A DNA stretch of 64,000 nucleotides. Source: Selaginella moellendorffii. Taxonomy: Eukaryota; Plantae; Lycopodiophyta. Position numbers and translations under genes: made by a program. Position 1 is the first letter of the stretch, and each line of letters starts with the position of its first letter. The DNA is taken from positions 1,398,834 to 1,462,833 of the forward strand of contig NW_003314305.1 in assembly GCF_000143415.4 (NCBI RefSeq). The letters are read 5' to 3'. The notes under the pieces are model-generated. The model ran no database searches and was not told where the DNA came from. It worked only from the letters and a program-made list of their open reading frames with translations. Below, piece after piece: positions 1 through 10,436 of the stretch.

Positions 1-39
1 AGTCGACGAGGATACCGGTTAAGCGTAAACCTTGCGTAA

Positions 40-235
40 CTCCCTCTAAGCCAAAACGCACCTCGACAAAAATGCAAAAAAACTCCATCGTACTGCGCGA
101 TATTATCTCTCTCACATGAAGCTGGTGAAACAGAGAAAGTTTTATGTCACGCAGAAACAAAAAAAACCTTCTCTGTGAATCCATGAATGTCGGTGCTGAT
201 CCCATGGCCGTCATTTTAACACACCCGAGGAACTG
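40..235 (-). pseudogene. Degenerate sphingosine kinase fragment
   Basis: actccatcgtactgcgcgatatt, catgaagctgg and gctgatcccatggccgtc match the intact SPHK gene at ~11790-11850 and ~12300-12320. Confidence 0.65.
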
Positions 236-879
236 AAAGACCAAGCAGGAGCTGTGCAGCTTACATAGTTTGCTCGGAAGGGCAAGCTACCAATGCTTCA
301 CTTAATAGATCCACAATAAATCGAAGTGATCTATTATAAGGCAAGGAAACTTTGTGGCCAGCACATCGCTAACGAATTCAGTAACCAGAAAAATAAAGTT
401 TCCACTACCTCGAAATTGCGATGTCTTTGTCGATCCTCATTACGAGGACCATGGCATTGTGAAGCGACTCTTTCGTGCTCATAAGCTTCATCAAGGTTTT
501 CCAAGCAGCCGGTAGTCATGTAACTTCAGAGGGTCTTCAGATGGAATGGAAGAACTACACTTAACAAAAGAAGGAAAGAGGTTTCTATCCAAAATAGACA
601 GAGACCTGTAAGGAAGGGACGTGCAAGGCTTCACTCGTGTACATTCCGCCACAAGCTTAGCACCTGGAATGAATGCTCCGCTGCTCGTAAGAGGTACATT
701 ATAAAAAAATCGCAGCGTGCTACGCGAATAGAACAGAACCAGAAAGACCTGGAAAGCTGCACTGATCGTATGTATCCCCACAGCAGCACGAAAAATAAAT
801 GAAAGCGAAAAAAGATTTCTTTATCGCAGCCTGGAATTGAGACATTTGCATCGTACCACTGCTCTCAGCTATCAAATCC

Positions 880-1750
880 TCGTCACAACCCCACCATCAA
901 CATCGATGTATCCTACTTGGAACCGTCTTCCACCGGGAACACTTTCACCTATGCATAAAAAGTCTTACGCTCTTCTTATAAGCTTTTCGAGCGACTTACT
1001 TTGACATACATGAGATACTTGGATTCCACCGCTTTCCCTTGCTGTATGCTTGTAAGCAGGGCGATGAACTTGCAGTCCCGGATAGAAATTCGTCTGCAAA
1101 CTGCTATGAAAAGACAACGAGATCTTAGAGTGTGTACCTTGGACTCGGGGAACGGAGTTGAAGCCTTCACTAGCCCAAGAGATGCATTGTGCTCGAGTCT
1201 CTTGAGAACCATGTTGATCCAACACTTAAGTCTGTCCAGATTTCAGCCGTCTCGGAGTCCCATTTCATCGCCTTAGAAAAGCGTTTAAGACTGGCGTGCC
1301 TCTGCTGGAACTGCCACCTTACTGTTTCCTAAAGACTAGCGTTTCACCAGTCGATGGGAGGCTGGAGACGCAATTGTCCCGAAAGTCTGTAATGACGTTT
1401 AATTCTCGTTACAGAGATGGCATGGCTAAATCCTTGTTAGATGCTGCCGGGAGCCTTGCAATGCTCACAACGCTATAATACACGGTGATTCGCTTTGCTT
1501 CTTGGCCTGGTCTCTGATGGGACTTAAGCAATACTATGCATTGACACTTCCTTTGGCAAACAAGCGGAGAGTGTGTACCTTAAACTCGGGCGGAGTTAAA
1601 GTCCACTCCTATGTCCTTGTATCCAGGCGCTGGAACGTAGGCAAAGACACCGAAAGTGTAGCTCTGGAGTTGGTGGCTTATTTGAGCTTCTTGAAAACTG
1701 GATTCAATGTTGGACAAATTCTGAAACATAGCCAGCACTGTTTTCATTCA
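880..1750 (-). pseudogene. Mosaic of sphingosine kinase fragments (mostly - strand; 1415-1530 inverted) with a PPR-like fragment at ~1180-1385
   Basis: Translations such as FNSVPRVQG and LLTSIQQGKAVESKYLMYVKV match SPHK 10560-10900. 1180-1385 is a diverged copy of 3478-3700. Confidence 0.7.
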
Positions 1751-1966
1751 TTCATTCATTAATTGTTTATAAGGTCTTGCAGCGCCCACCAAGAAAACAT
1801 GAGACCAACGGATTATAGTAAGGTGTTTTGATGATTTTATTTTAATGAAGATGCAACCCTCCAAATAAAGGACTGCTGTAGAATATTCCGGGAGTAAGTC
1901 ACTTTTGGATGCAGCCCTCCAAATAAAGGATTGCTGTCCCAGGCATTGTTTTAGGTCGAGGTCGCG

Positions 1967-2441
1967 ATGGAGGCGATTGCCAGGCAGATGATGGAAGCCA
2001 TGGCCAATAATTATAAGGGCGATTTTATACTTGGGAAGGTGGCCATGATTGATGAACTAAGTGGGCGAGAGTACTACCTCTTGAGCTACACAGCAAAGGA
2101 TTTGCCAGTGCCATTTGAAGGTAGTGTGGCGACTCATGGTAAATTTTTCCCTCAGGATGCAAAAGGTGTGAGGGCTTTGATCGTCTTTATTGTTGACGAG
2201 GATAACGACGAAGCCATGGAAGTGAGGACGGAGAGGGTATGTTATGCGGCTGCTCTTGACTTTTTTTCACTTTTTATTTTTTCTCCAGGTGTCTGAGGAT
2301 GGCCAAGTGCTAGAAGCTTTAAGAAATTTCTGGTTGCCGGATGTTGATTGGCAAACATTGTGTATCTGGCAAGAACGCCGTGACAGAGTTGAGGCGATGA
2401 TCGACGATTCCATTAAGAGAGGCCACATTCTTTTGTGCTAA
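1967..2441 (+). CDS. Orphan ~140-aa protein 'gene X', copy 1 (exons 1967-2236, 2289-2441)
   Basis: ATG-start ORF with an in-frame GT-AG intron at 2237-2288. The same exon/intron structure is seen in the copy at 9570-10056. Confidence 0.7.
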
Positions 2442-2466
2442 AATGCTATTACTCCTTAGAAAATGT

Positions 2467-3908
2467 CTAAAACAAAGCCATGTTTAGTTTACCTCTTGGT
2501 CTCTTTCTTCTCGCATATTGGTAAGAGAAGTTCTTCTTCGAAAATTTCAGCAGCAGCAACTCAAAGTGGGATTTAACATTTGAATATGCATAATATTTGT
2601 CTCCGCCGCAATGTGGATCATTGTCGCATGCTTCTGCGAGGGCATCGAGCCCAAGATTAGTGATTTGGCCCAGAGTGGCTTTCTTCCCGTGAGCTTGCCC
2701 TGCAGAATTCAAAAGCAGCTTAATCCAATCTCAAGGAAACAAAATCCAACCACACCTGGCCGTGGATCTCGCAGAATACCTTCGGCATGCGGGCCACCAG
2801 AACCGATAGTCAAAAACGGCTGTTCCACTGCGTCCAATTGCAAGAGCTGGTACTGGCGCGTGTTGTCTCTCTTAACAGCGAAGAGTTTCTTGTTGTCAAA
2901 AATGAAAAAGCTTGATCTCGTACAGTGCTCATCAGCCATGCAGCGCTGGAAGACGAAATTTGCAGCTGCCTCACAAGTCATGGTGACTCCATGCTGAGCC
3001 TGACTTGACATCTCAATCTTCAGTACCATTATGATGCAGCGAGCGTCACTTACGGACCCAGCAATGCCGATTTGTAGTTCTGGCTCGTCACGAATCACAG
3101 TCACCTTCCGGTATTCCCTGTCCTTCTCTTCTAGATATAGTTGGCCAATTTGATCTGATGAAATCTCCGTTACGAGACTGTCGAAAAATACCACGAAGCT
3201 CCCATGCTTGCCAGCAACCGCAATCCCGATGGTACCACAGAGTTTCCCAATTTGGAGGTCAAGAGCATCCTGGATCACGCTTGTGTAGCAGCGGATTATG
3301 TTGTTGGCTGCAACCATGTCGATGCAAAGCCCGAGCTCCTGAATCTCAGTGAAGAGTGCCTTGGCCATGAGATAGTTACCAGCGTTTCCCAGGATCATGA
3401 TCATCGTTGAGTAGTTGGCCAGGTCATGCTGGAAACCAGGGATCGTCTTGGCCAGGATAAAGAGCTCGAGCGCAAGAGATGCATCGTGCTGGAGCTTCTT
3501 GAGAACCATGTTGATCCCACGCTTAAGTCTGTCCAGATTTTCGGCCGTCTCAAAGTCCCAGCTCCCTCCTCCCTCTTCCATTGCCTCATAGAAAGCATTC
3601 AAGACTAGCGTGCCGCTGTCTGGAACTGCCACCTTATTGTTTCCCTGGAGACCAGTGCTGCACCAGTCGACGAGGAGGCCGGGGATGCAATTGTCTGAAA
3701 AGTATGGTATCTTTCTGTAGAGGTCGACAGCTTCCTGGATCCGGTTCACTCTTGTGTAGCAGGGGATCATGTTGTTCACTGCAAACGTGTCAATGCAAAG
3801 CCCGAGCTCCTGGAGATCAATGAAGAGTGCCTCCGGCATGAGATAGTTGCCGTCATCTCCCAAGATCATGATCATCGTGCAGTAGTTTACCAAGTCGTCT
3901 TGGCCCAC
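2467..3908 (-). CDS. PPR-like repeats fused to a proteasome-beta/HslV-like Ntn-hydrolase domain (exons 3908-2756, 2699-2467)
   Basis: PPR-like motifs (LFIDLQELGLCIDTFAVNNMIPCY...) are followed by CG|TIGIAVAG..FFDS..RKV..IAGSVSDA..TIGSGGPHAEGIL. After an in-frame 56-nt intron (2755-2700) comes LDALAEACDNDPHCGG. Confidence 0.75.
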
Positions 3909-5521
3909 GTAAAGAGCTTGAGAGATGCATCGTGTTTCATCTTCTTGAGAGCAACGCAGACCTGGTGGGGGTGCGTTTTCCCGCGCTTGAGCCTGTCCAG
4001 CTTCTCAACTATCTCGGACCTCCAGCTCCCTCCTCCTTCCTTCAAAATCTCGCACAAAGCATCGGAGACTAGAGCTCCTTTGCCTGGGAGTAAACCTGGT
4101 AGCACCACCTTACTGCTCAGCACCATATAGTTCCCCGTTTCTTCTGTTCCTTCTCGCAAGCTCCACACTGGAAACGAGTTCCATGACGAGGAGACCTTCG
4201 TCGCCCGGTTGTCCACTGTTACTGACAAAGGCTGACCACTGACGAACTTGGTGCGACTGCAAACCTCTGGAGGATCATCATCGGTGTCGCTCACTGTCTC
4301 GTAGTCCAGAAACTTGTCCTCGACTGCATGGACGTTCCACTGCTCCTTCCCACTATGAAGGTGGAGCTTCCGCCCGTATTCCTTGTGACTCAGGATTGGA
4401 TCCACGCAGTTGCTTTCCTGCTCTTCGGCTGTGTAGGTCTTCTTCCCGAGCTGGTGGTGGAGTGCTGCCACACTGAATCCTGCTTGGTGGTCTGCGAATT
4501 CCTGCTCTCGACTTAGTCTCGGACAAGGTGGTGGCCCGAGCTTCCTACCATGCTTCGTCTTCACGTAGAGATCGTCGTCACGGGGCAGTTCTGTGATCAC
4601 CATGAGATAGTTGTGCAGGATCATGATCATCACCAGGTCGTGCTGCATTGTCTTGGCCCACGTAAAGATTTTGAGCGAGAGAGAGGCATCGTTGAGCTTC
4701 TTGAGAACCACGCAGAGCTGGTAGGGGTGCGTTATCCCAGTCTTGAGCCTGTTATCCAGCTTCGCAACCGTCTTGGAGCTCCAGCTCCCTCCTCCTTTCT
4801 TCACAGTCTTGTGGAAGACTAGAGCTCCTTTGCCTGGAACTAAACCCGGCTGACCCTCCTTACTGCTCGGCACCATATAGTTCTCCCTTTCTTCTTTGCA
4901 TTCCTGCAAGCCCAACGAGTTCCACGAGACATTCTTCGCCTGGTTGTTCACTGTTACTGACAATGGCTGAACAATGGCGATCTTGTCGCGACCGCAAAGC
5001 ACCAGAGGATCATCACCAGTGTCACTCGCGGGAGGAAGTGTCTCGTAGACCAGAAACTTGTCCCTGACTGCACGGACGTTCCACTGCTTCTTCCCTCTGT
5101 GAAGATGGAGCTCCTGCCTGTACTGCTTGTGACTCATTATCAGATCCACGTAGTTGCCTTCCTGCTCGTCGGCTGTGTAAGTCTTCCTCCCGAGCTGGTG
5201 TTGGACTGCTACCATGCTGAACCTATCCAAGCCTGCTTCGGGGACTTTTTGCTGTCTGGGACGAGGTGAAGGCCGCAGCTTCCTGTCATACTTCGTCTTC
5301 ACGTAGAGATCGTTTCCACGGGGCATGTCTGTGATCGCCATGAAATAGTTGCCATCGACTCCAAGGATCATGACCATCACCACGTCGTGCCGGAAGCTGG
5401 AGATTCTCATGGCCAGCGTAAAGAACTCGAGCGAGAGATATGTGTTATGCTTCATCTTCTTGACAACCATGTCAATGATCTCGGGCTTGAGAATGTCCAG
5501 ATTCTCTCTTCTCTCTTTCAT
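3887..5521 (-). CDS. 5' part of the same PPR-like chimeric gene, with two ~170-aa internal repeats; separated from 2467-3908 by a frameshift
   Basis: 544-aa ORF with recurring LKKxxHDASLxLxxFTWAK segments also present in the downstream ORF, and a duplicated DDLYVKTKYGRK...WNS unit. Confidence 0.6.
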   Translation of the reverse strand: MKERRENLDILKPEIIDMVVKKMKHNTYLSLEFFTLAMRISSFRHDVVMVMILGVDGNYFMAITDMPRGNDLYVKTKYDRKLRPSPRPRQQKVPEAGLDRFSMVAVQHQLGRKTYTADEQEGNYVDLIMSHKQYRQELHLHRGKKQWNVRAVRDKFLVYETLPPASDTGDDPLVLCGRDKIAIVQPLSVTVNNQAKNVSWNSLGLQECKEERENYMVPSSKEGQPGLVPGKGALVFHKTVKKGGGSWSSKTVAKLDNRLKTGITHPYQLCVVLKKLNDASLSLKIFTWAKTMQHDLVMIMILHNYLMVITELPRDDDLYVKTKHGRKLGPPPCPRLSREQEFADHQAGFSVAALHHQLGKKTYTAEEQESNCVDPILSHKEYGRKLHLHSGKEQWNVHAVEDKFLDYETVSDTDDDPPEVCSRTKFVSGQPLSVTVDNRATKVSSSWNSFPVWSLREGTEETGNYMVLSSKVVLPGLLPGKGALVSDALCEILKEGGGSWRSEIVEKLDRLKRGKTHPHQVCVALKKMKHDASLKLFTWAKTTW

Positions 5522-5729
5522 TGCATTCGAAGTCTAGTGTCTGGAACTAAGAACTGGATAGAAACTTGTCAGTTCCCAGTTTAAAAGAAGAACGTACCAA
5601 TGCTTTCCTCTGCTAGAACTAGTCACAGTTGGCTGTGGATTTGGCGGCGAGATAGTGGAAGCTCGGCTTGTTCCTTCCTGCAAGAGGAGCTTCATGAGTT
5701 ATGCACGTCGATCTATAAGTTAGAAGATA

Positions 5730-6075
5730 GCTTACCAATTTTCTGGAGCCGTGGGAGCTCGATCTACCCTGCCTGCCCGGATTCTCAGCTGGTGGATGAG
5801 AACCACGCTCTCCAATACGACGATCACGCCAACAGCACCGCTGGAACAGTCGCTTCCACGCGCTCATGCATCGATGCTATTGCAAAAGAGGTGAATCCGT
5901 GATAATCCGGCATCCAGTCCAAGAAATCCCGGTCTAGAGAGCCTGAGCGATCAATCCCACGCTGGATTCTGCCGCAGATCTAGACAATCCCGGTGAACTA
6001 TGGCGATGGCGACCTAGCAAGGGAAGAAAGAATGTACCTTGTGGATGATTTCTCAATGCTGCCAAGCGCCTAGAA
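5730..6075 (-). promoter_or_regulatory. Diverged inverted copy of the UBP promoter/5'UTR/first-exon start (12710-13085)
   Basis: The reverse complement contains atttcttggactggatgc.ggattatcacgg, gatgcatgagcgcgtggaag, gagaatccgggcag and gctaggtcgcc, all as in 12710-13085. Confidence 0.75.
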
Positions 6076-6329
6076 ATCTATCGATCGATCTGTAAAACCC
6101 TAGGCAGAGATCTTCTTCTCCCTCGGTGTTCTGCTGGCCGTGAAGTTAAAGATGTGGAGAATATACCAAAGATACTTGGGCACGACTAGGGCGAATTTAG
6201 GCGGGAAGGGAAGGGGATATGCTCGATCTCTGAAGAGAATGCATTCATTGCTGCCACGTCAGCGTGCCGCCAAGGCACTGATTCAAAGTTTAGGGCGCGG
6301 CAAGAGGATTAGAAGGCAATGGAAGAAGA

Positions 6330-7075
6330 TGCCCCCGCAGAAGCATGTGACAATGATCCACACTGCGGTGGAGCCAGATATTTATCCATATTCAAATGTT
6401 AAATCCCACTTTGAGTTGCTGCTGCTGGAATTTTCGAAGAACTTCTCTTACCAATATGGTAGAAGGAGAATATGTTTTAGACGTTTTCTAGAGAGTAATA
6501 GCACAAAAGAATCTCGCCTCTCTTGATGGAATCATCGATCATCGCTTCAGCTCTGTCGTGGTGTTCTTGCCAGGCACACAATGTTTGCCAATCAACATCC
6601 GGTGACCAGAAATGTCTTACAGCTTCTAGCACTTGGCCATCCTCAGACACCTAAAAGAGAAAAAAATTAAAAAGTGGAAACAAAAATGCCATAGCAGCCG
6701 CATAACATACCCTTTCCGTCCTCACTTCCATGGCTTCGTCGTTATCCTCGGACGATCAAAGCCCTCACACCTTTTGCATCCCGAGGGAAAAATTTCCCAT
6801 GAGTCGCCACACTACCTTCATATGGCACTGGCAAATCCTTTGCTGTGTAGCTCAAGAGGTAGTACTCTCGCCCACTTAGTTCAAATTATAAAATCGCCCT
6901 TATAATTCTTGGCCATGGCTTCCATCATCTCCCTGGCAATCGCCTCCACTCCATCGCGACCTCCACCTAAAACAATGCCTACAGCAATCCTTTATGCATC
7001 CAAAAGTGACTTACTCCAGGAACATTCTACAACAATCCTTTAAGTGACTTACTCCCGGAATATTCTACAGCAATC
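6330..7075 (-). repeat. Inverted copy of 1870-2640: gene X copy 2 (- strand, degenerate) plus the 3' end of the Ntn domain (+ strand)
   Basis: gcagaagcatgtgacaatgatccacactgcgg (AEACDNDPHCG) and the gene X sequence, both reverse-complementary to 1870-2640. Confidence 0.8.
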
Positions 7076-7094
7076 TTTTTAATACTCGAGTTAA

Positions 7095-7440
7095 AATCCG
7101 CTCCTATATCCTCGTATCCAGGCTCTGGAACGTAGGCGAAGACACACGTTGTACCGCCGAAAGCGTAGCTCTGGTGGCAGCTTATTTTAGCTTCTTGAAA
7201 ACCATTTACATAAAAATTGAATACTTTCCGGATCAATGTTGTACAAATTCTGAAACACAACCAGAATATAGACATTCCATGTACCGTTTGTTTGCAAAAA
7301 GAAGTGTCAATGCAGAGTCTGTAGTATTGCCTAAGTCTGCTCGGGGAGCAAAACGAATCACCTGTATTATAGTGAAAGTTGCGTTGCGAGAATTGCAAGG
7401 CTCCCTGGCAGCATTTAACAAGGATTTAGCCATGCTATTT
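7095..7440 (-). pseudogene. Sphingosine kinase internal fragment
   Basis: VFAYVPEPGYEDIGA and GMAKSLL match SPHK 11050-11560. Confidence 0.7.
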
Positions 7441-7489
7441 TTGTAACGTGAGAATTAAAAGTCAATCGATGAGAGATGCAATTGTCTGG

Positions 7490-7700
7490 AAACTCTGTAT
7501 CGAGATCCAGGAGCTCAGGCTTGGCATCGAGACGCTCGACCGCATCCAGGAAGCTCTCACCTTTACAGGAAGATGCTGTACTTTGGTTGTCAACCAGATG
7601 CTCACACCTTTTGGCCTCCTCAGTGGCGATAACCAAATCAGTATGCTCTATGGGATGATTGGGATTGCAGTTGCCGGCAAGCATAGTGTACTTACGACAC
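7490..7700 (+). pseudogene. Remnant of the PPR-Ntn chimera (PPR/Ntn junction)
   Basis: IEIQELRLGIE...GMIGIAVAGKH matches TEIQELGLCID...GTIGIAVAGKH. Confidence 0.65.
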
Positions 7701-8169
7701 TCCTGCCAGCTTTCAAGACAAAAGAAGGTTCTATCCAAACTAGACAGAGACCTGTATGGAAGGGACGTGCAAGGCTTCACTCATGTACACCCCCAACATA
7801 AATGAAAAACCTCGCTGCGTTTTACGAAAGAAAAGAACCAGAAGTAGCTAAACACTGATCTACGTATGCCCGTTGACAATTCTTGGCTAGACCAGCATTT
7901 TCAGCTAGCACGAAAAAAAACAACGAAAATGAAAGAGAAAACTTACGTTGAATTTTATAAAGAGCTTTCTTTATTGCGGCCTGGAATTGAGACATTTGCA
8001 TCACACCACTGCTATCAGCTATCAACCTATCCTTCTTGGAAGGGGATATGCTCGATGGTGCTGGGAGAGCCGGCTGGGATTTTGATAGGTAGGCCAAGGA
8101 TTGAGCATATGTGCTCCATCATGTAAGTAGATCTTCTCTTTATGGTTTTTCAGGGAGATTGATCGTTGT

Positions 8170-8753
8170 CATACAAGCTGCCACTACTCCCGCATTGAGG
8201 TCACGAAAAAAAGTGTCTCTTCTTCTCATCTGTAATTTAATTTAATTTTTTAATTTAGGCGACTCAAGACATGGCCAAGTCCGTGTTATTTGCGTTGTCG
8301 AGGTGCGTTTTCAGCAATGAACTTTCGGAAACAAAAGGCATCTCTCAGGTGTTGCTTGTTTTGTTGGAATGCGACCATTCTTAATGCTCAGGTTCTGGGA
8401 AATGGCATGGCTAAATCTTTGTGAATAGATGCTGCCGGGTGAATACGTGTGTCCTCGCACAAGCCTGGCTGGAGAGTGCTACATAGCAGTTTGCAGATGG
8501 ATTTCTATATCTCATTGTTCTCCGGGACTAATAGCTCATCGGCCTGCTTACGAGCATACAGTAAGGGAAAGCAGTGGAATCCAGGTATTTCACATATCTC
8601 AAAGTAAATCACTCAGAAGAACTTGGAACTTACAAGAAGAGGTTTTGAATCCAAGTAGCTCCGAGTGGAAATGTGGGGAGCAATCCAAGGAGACGTGGAT
8701 GGTATAGTTGTGACAAGAGGGCAAGGTCTGGCCACTCTTTTCTGTCCACCATA
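8170..8753 (+). pseudogene. Inverted, heavily deleted sphingosine kinase copy
   Basis: Contains ggttctgggaaatggcatggctaaatc (GSGNGMAKS) and tttgcagatggatttcta, and ends ...ctgtccaccatag like SPHK. Confidence 0.75.
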
Positions 8754-8824
8754 GCAGCTTAAAGATCTGTAAAATATACTGGTTATTTTCTCTCTTACGA
8801 AATAAGGTTTTTTATTTTCTTGAG

Positions 8825-9209
8825 GGGTTGCGATGGCCAGGCAGATGATGGAAGCGATGGCCAAGAAGTAGGGCGATTTTATAGTTGGAAAGATGACCTA
8901 AGTGCTACCCCTTCAACTACACAGCAAATGATTTGCCAGTGCCATTTGAAAGTAGTGTGAATTATCCCTCGGGATGCAAAAGGTGTGAGGGCTTTGATCA
9001 TTTTTATTGTTGACGCGAAGCCGAGGGTGGAAAGGATATGTTATCTGGATTTTGTTTTTTCTCCACTTGTTTTTTCTCAAGTGTCTGAGGATGGTGAAGT
9101 GTTGGAAGCTTTAAGAAATTTTTGGTCACCAGATGTTGATTGGCAAGAACACCAAGACAGAGTTGAAGCGTTGATTGACAATCTCATCAAGAAACGCTAC
9201 ATTGTCTAG
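8825..9209 (+). pseudogene. Gene X copy 3 (stop and deletions)
   Basis: RALIIFIVD...VSEDGEVLEALRNFWSPDVDWQ; in-frame stop near 8870. Confidence 0.7.
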
Positions 9210-9569
9210 AATGTACTCTCTTTATGTTTATTCACTAGTAGCTCCTTCGGCTATCTAGTGAATAAAAAATCATGTTTAGTTTACCTCTTGGTCACTTTCT
9301 TCTGGCATACTGGTAAGAGAAATTCTAGAAGCAGAACGAATTACCAATGAGATCAATGAGCTCTAGAAATCCGTCTGCAAACTGCTATGAACAGAAGACA
9401 ATGCGAAAGGAGAGAGAAGCAAAAAGTATCATAGCGAAAGTTGCGTTCAGCATTGCAAGGGATAAGAAAAATTCTTTTTTCACAAACTTGCATATCAAAT
9501 TAGATGGTATTTGGACCACGGTCAACTCACTTCCAAGACATTTCTCGAGATTAGCAAAAAGATAACAAA

Positions 9570-10056
9570 TCATATAACAATGTAGCCTTTCTTGAGGGAC
9601 TCGTCAATCAACGCTTCGGACCTGTCTTGTTGTTCTTGCAAGATAAACAAACTTTGCCAATCAACATCTGCTGAAGAATAGTTTCTATAATCTTCCAGAA
9701 TTTGGCCATCCTTAGACACCTGAAGGAGAAAAAGGTGAAAATAAGAAAAGAAAAAAAAAATTAAAATCCAGAGAAGGTACCCTTTGGATCCGCACTTCCA
9801 TGGCCTCGTCGTTATCATCGTCAATAACAAAGACAACCAAACCCCTCACACCTCTTGCATCCGGAGGGAAATATCTCCCATGAGTCGCCACATAACCCTC
9901 AACTGGCACCGGCAAATCCTTTGCTGTGTAGCTCAGGGGGTAATACTCTCTTCCACTTAGTTCATCGATCATACCCATCTTCCCCAGTGTGAAATCGCCC
10001 ACATAGTTCTTATTATGGCCCAGCCCTTCCATCATCTCCCGGGCAATCGCCTCCAT
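9570..10056 (-). CDS. Gene X copy 4, apparently intact (2 exons, intron ~9780-9720)
   Basis: MEAIAREMMEGLGHNKNYVGDFTLGKMGMIDELSGREYY...|VSKDGQILEDYRNY...KKGYIVI*. Confidence 0.7.
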
Positions 10057-10436
10057 CGCAATCAAAAGCAAAAAAAAACCTTTTTTGGAAAGTCTTCCTT
10101 GACCGTTACTTTGAGATGTTCACTTATGGTTCATGGACGGTGTGAGATTTATTTTCGCCAAAGCCAATTATATTATCTGTTTTTACTCCCCTTGGATTTC
10201 TAGATCTCATTGTTCTGCGGGACTGGGTATTACTCTCTCCCACTTAATTCATCTATTATGGCCACCTTCCCATAATAGTGTAAAATCACCCCTATACTTC
10301 TTAGCCATCGCTTCCATCATCTGTCTGGCGATCTCACAACCCCTAAAAAACACACACAAAAGAATGCCTAGCATATTCTACAGATCTTTAAGTAATGGAT
10401 CCTGTACAGGTTATTGGAAATTCCTAGAGGAGAAGT

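Noticed and set aside
250-880. Possible gene fragment, partly repeated at 7720-8035
   Set aside because: Stops in the plausible frames; no family recognised
2709-3240. Bacterial HslV contamination or a standard 20S subunit
   Set aside because: It has a spliceosomal intron, is fused to plant PPR-like repeats, has local duplicates, and is far more divergent than normal subunits
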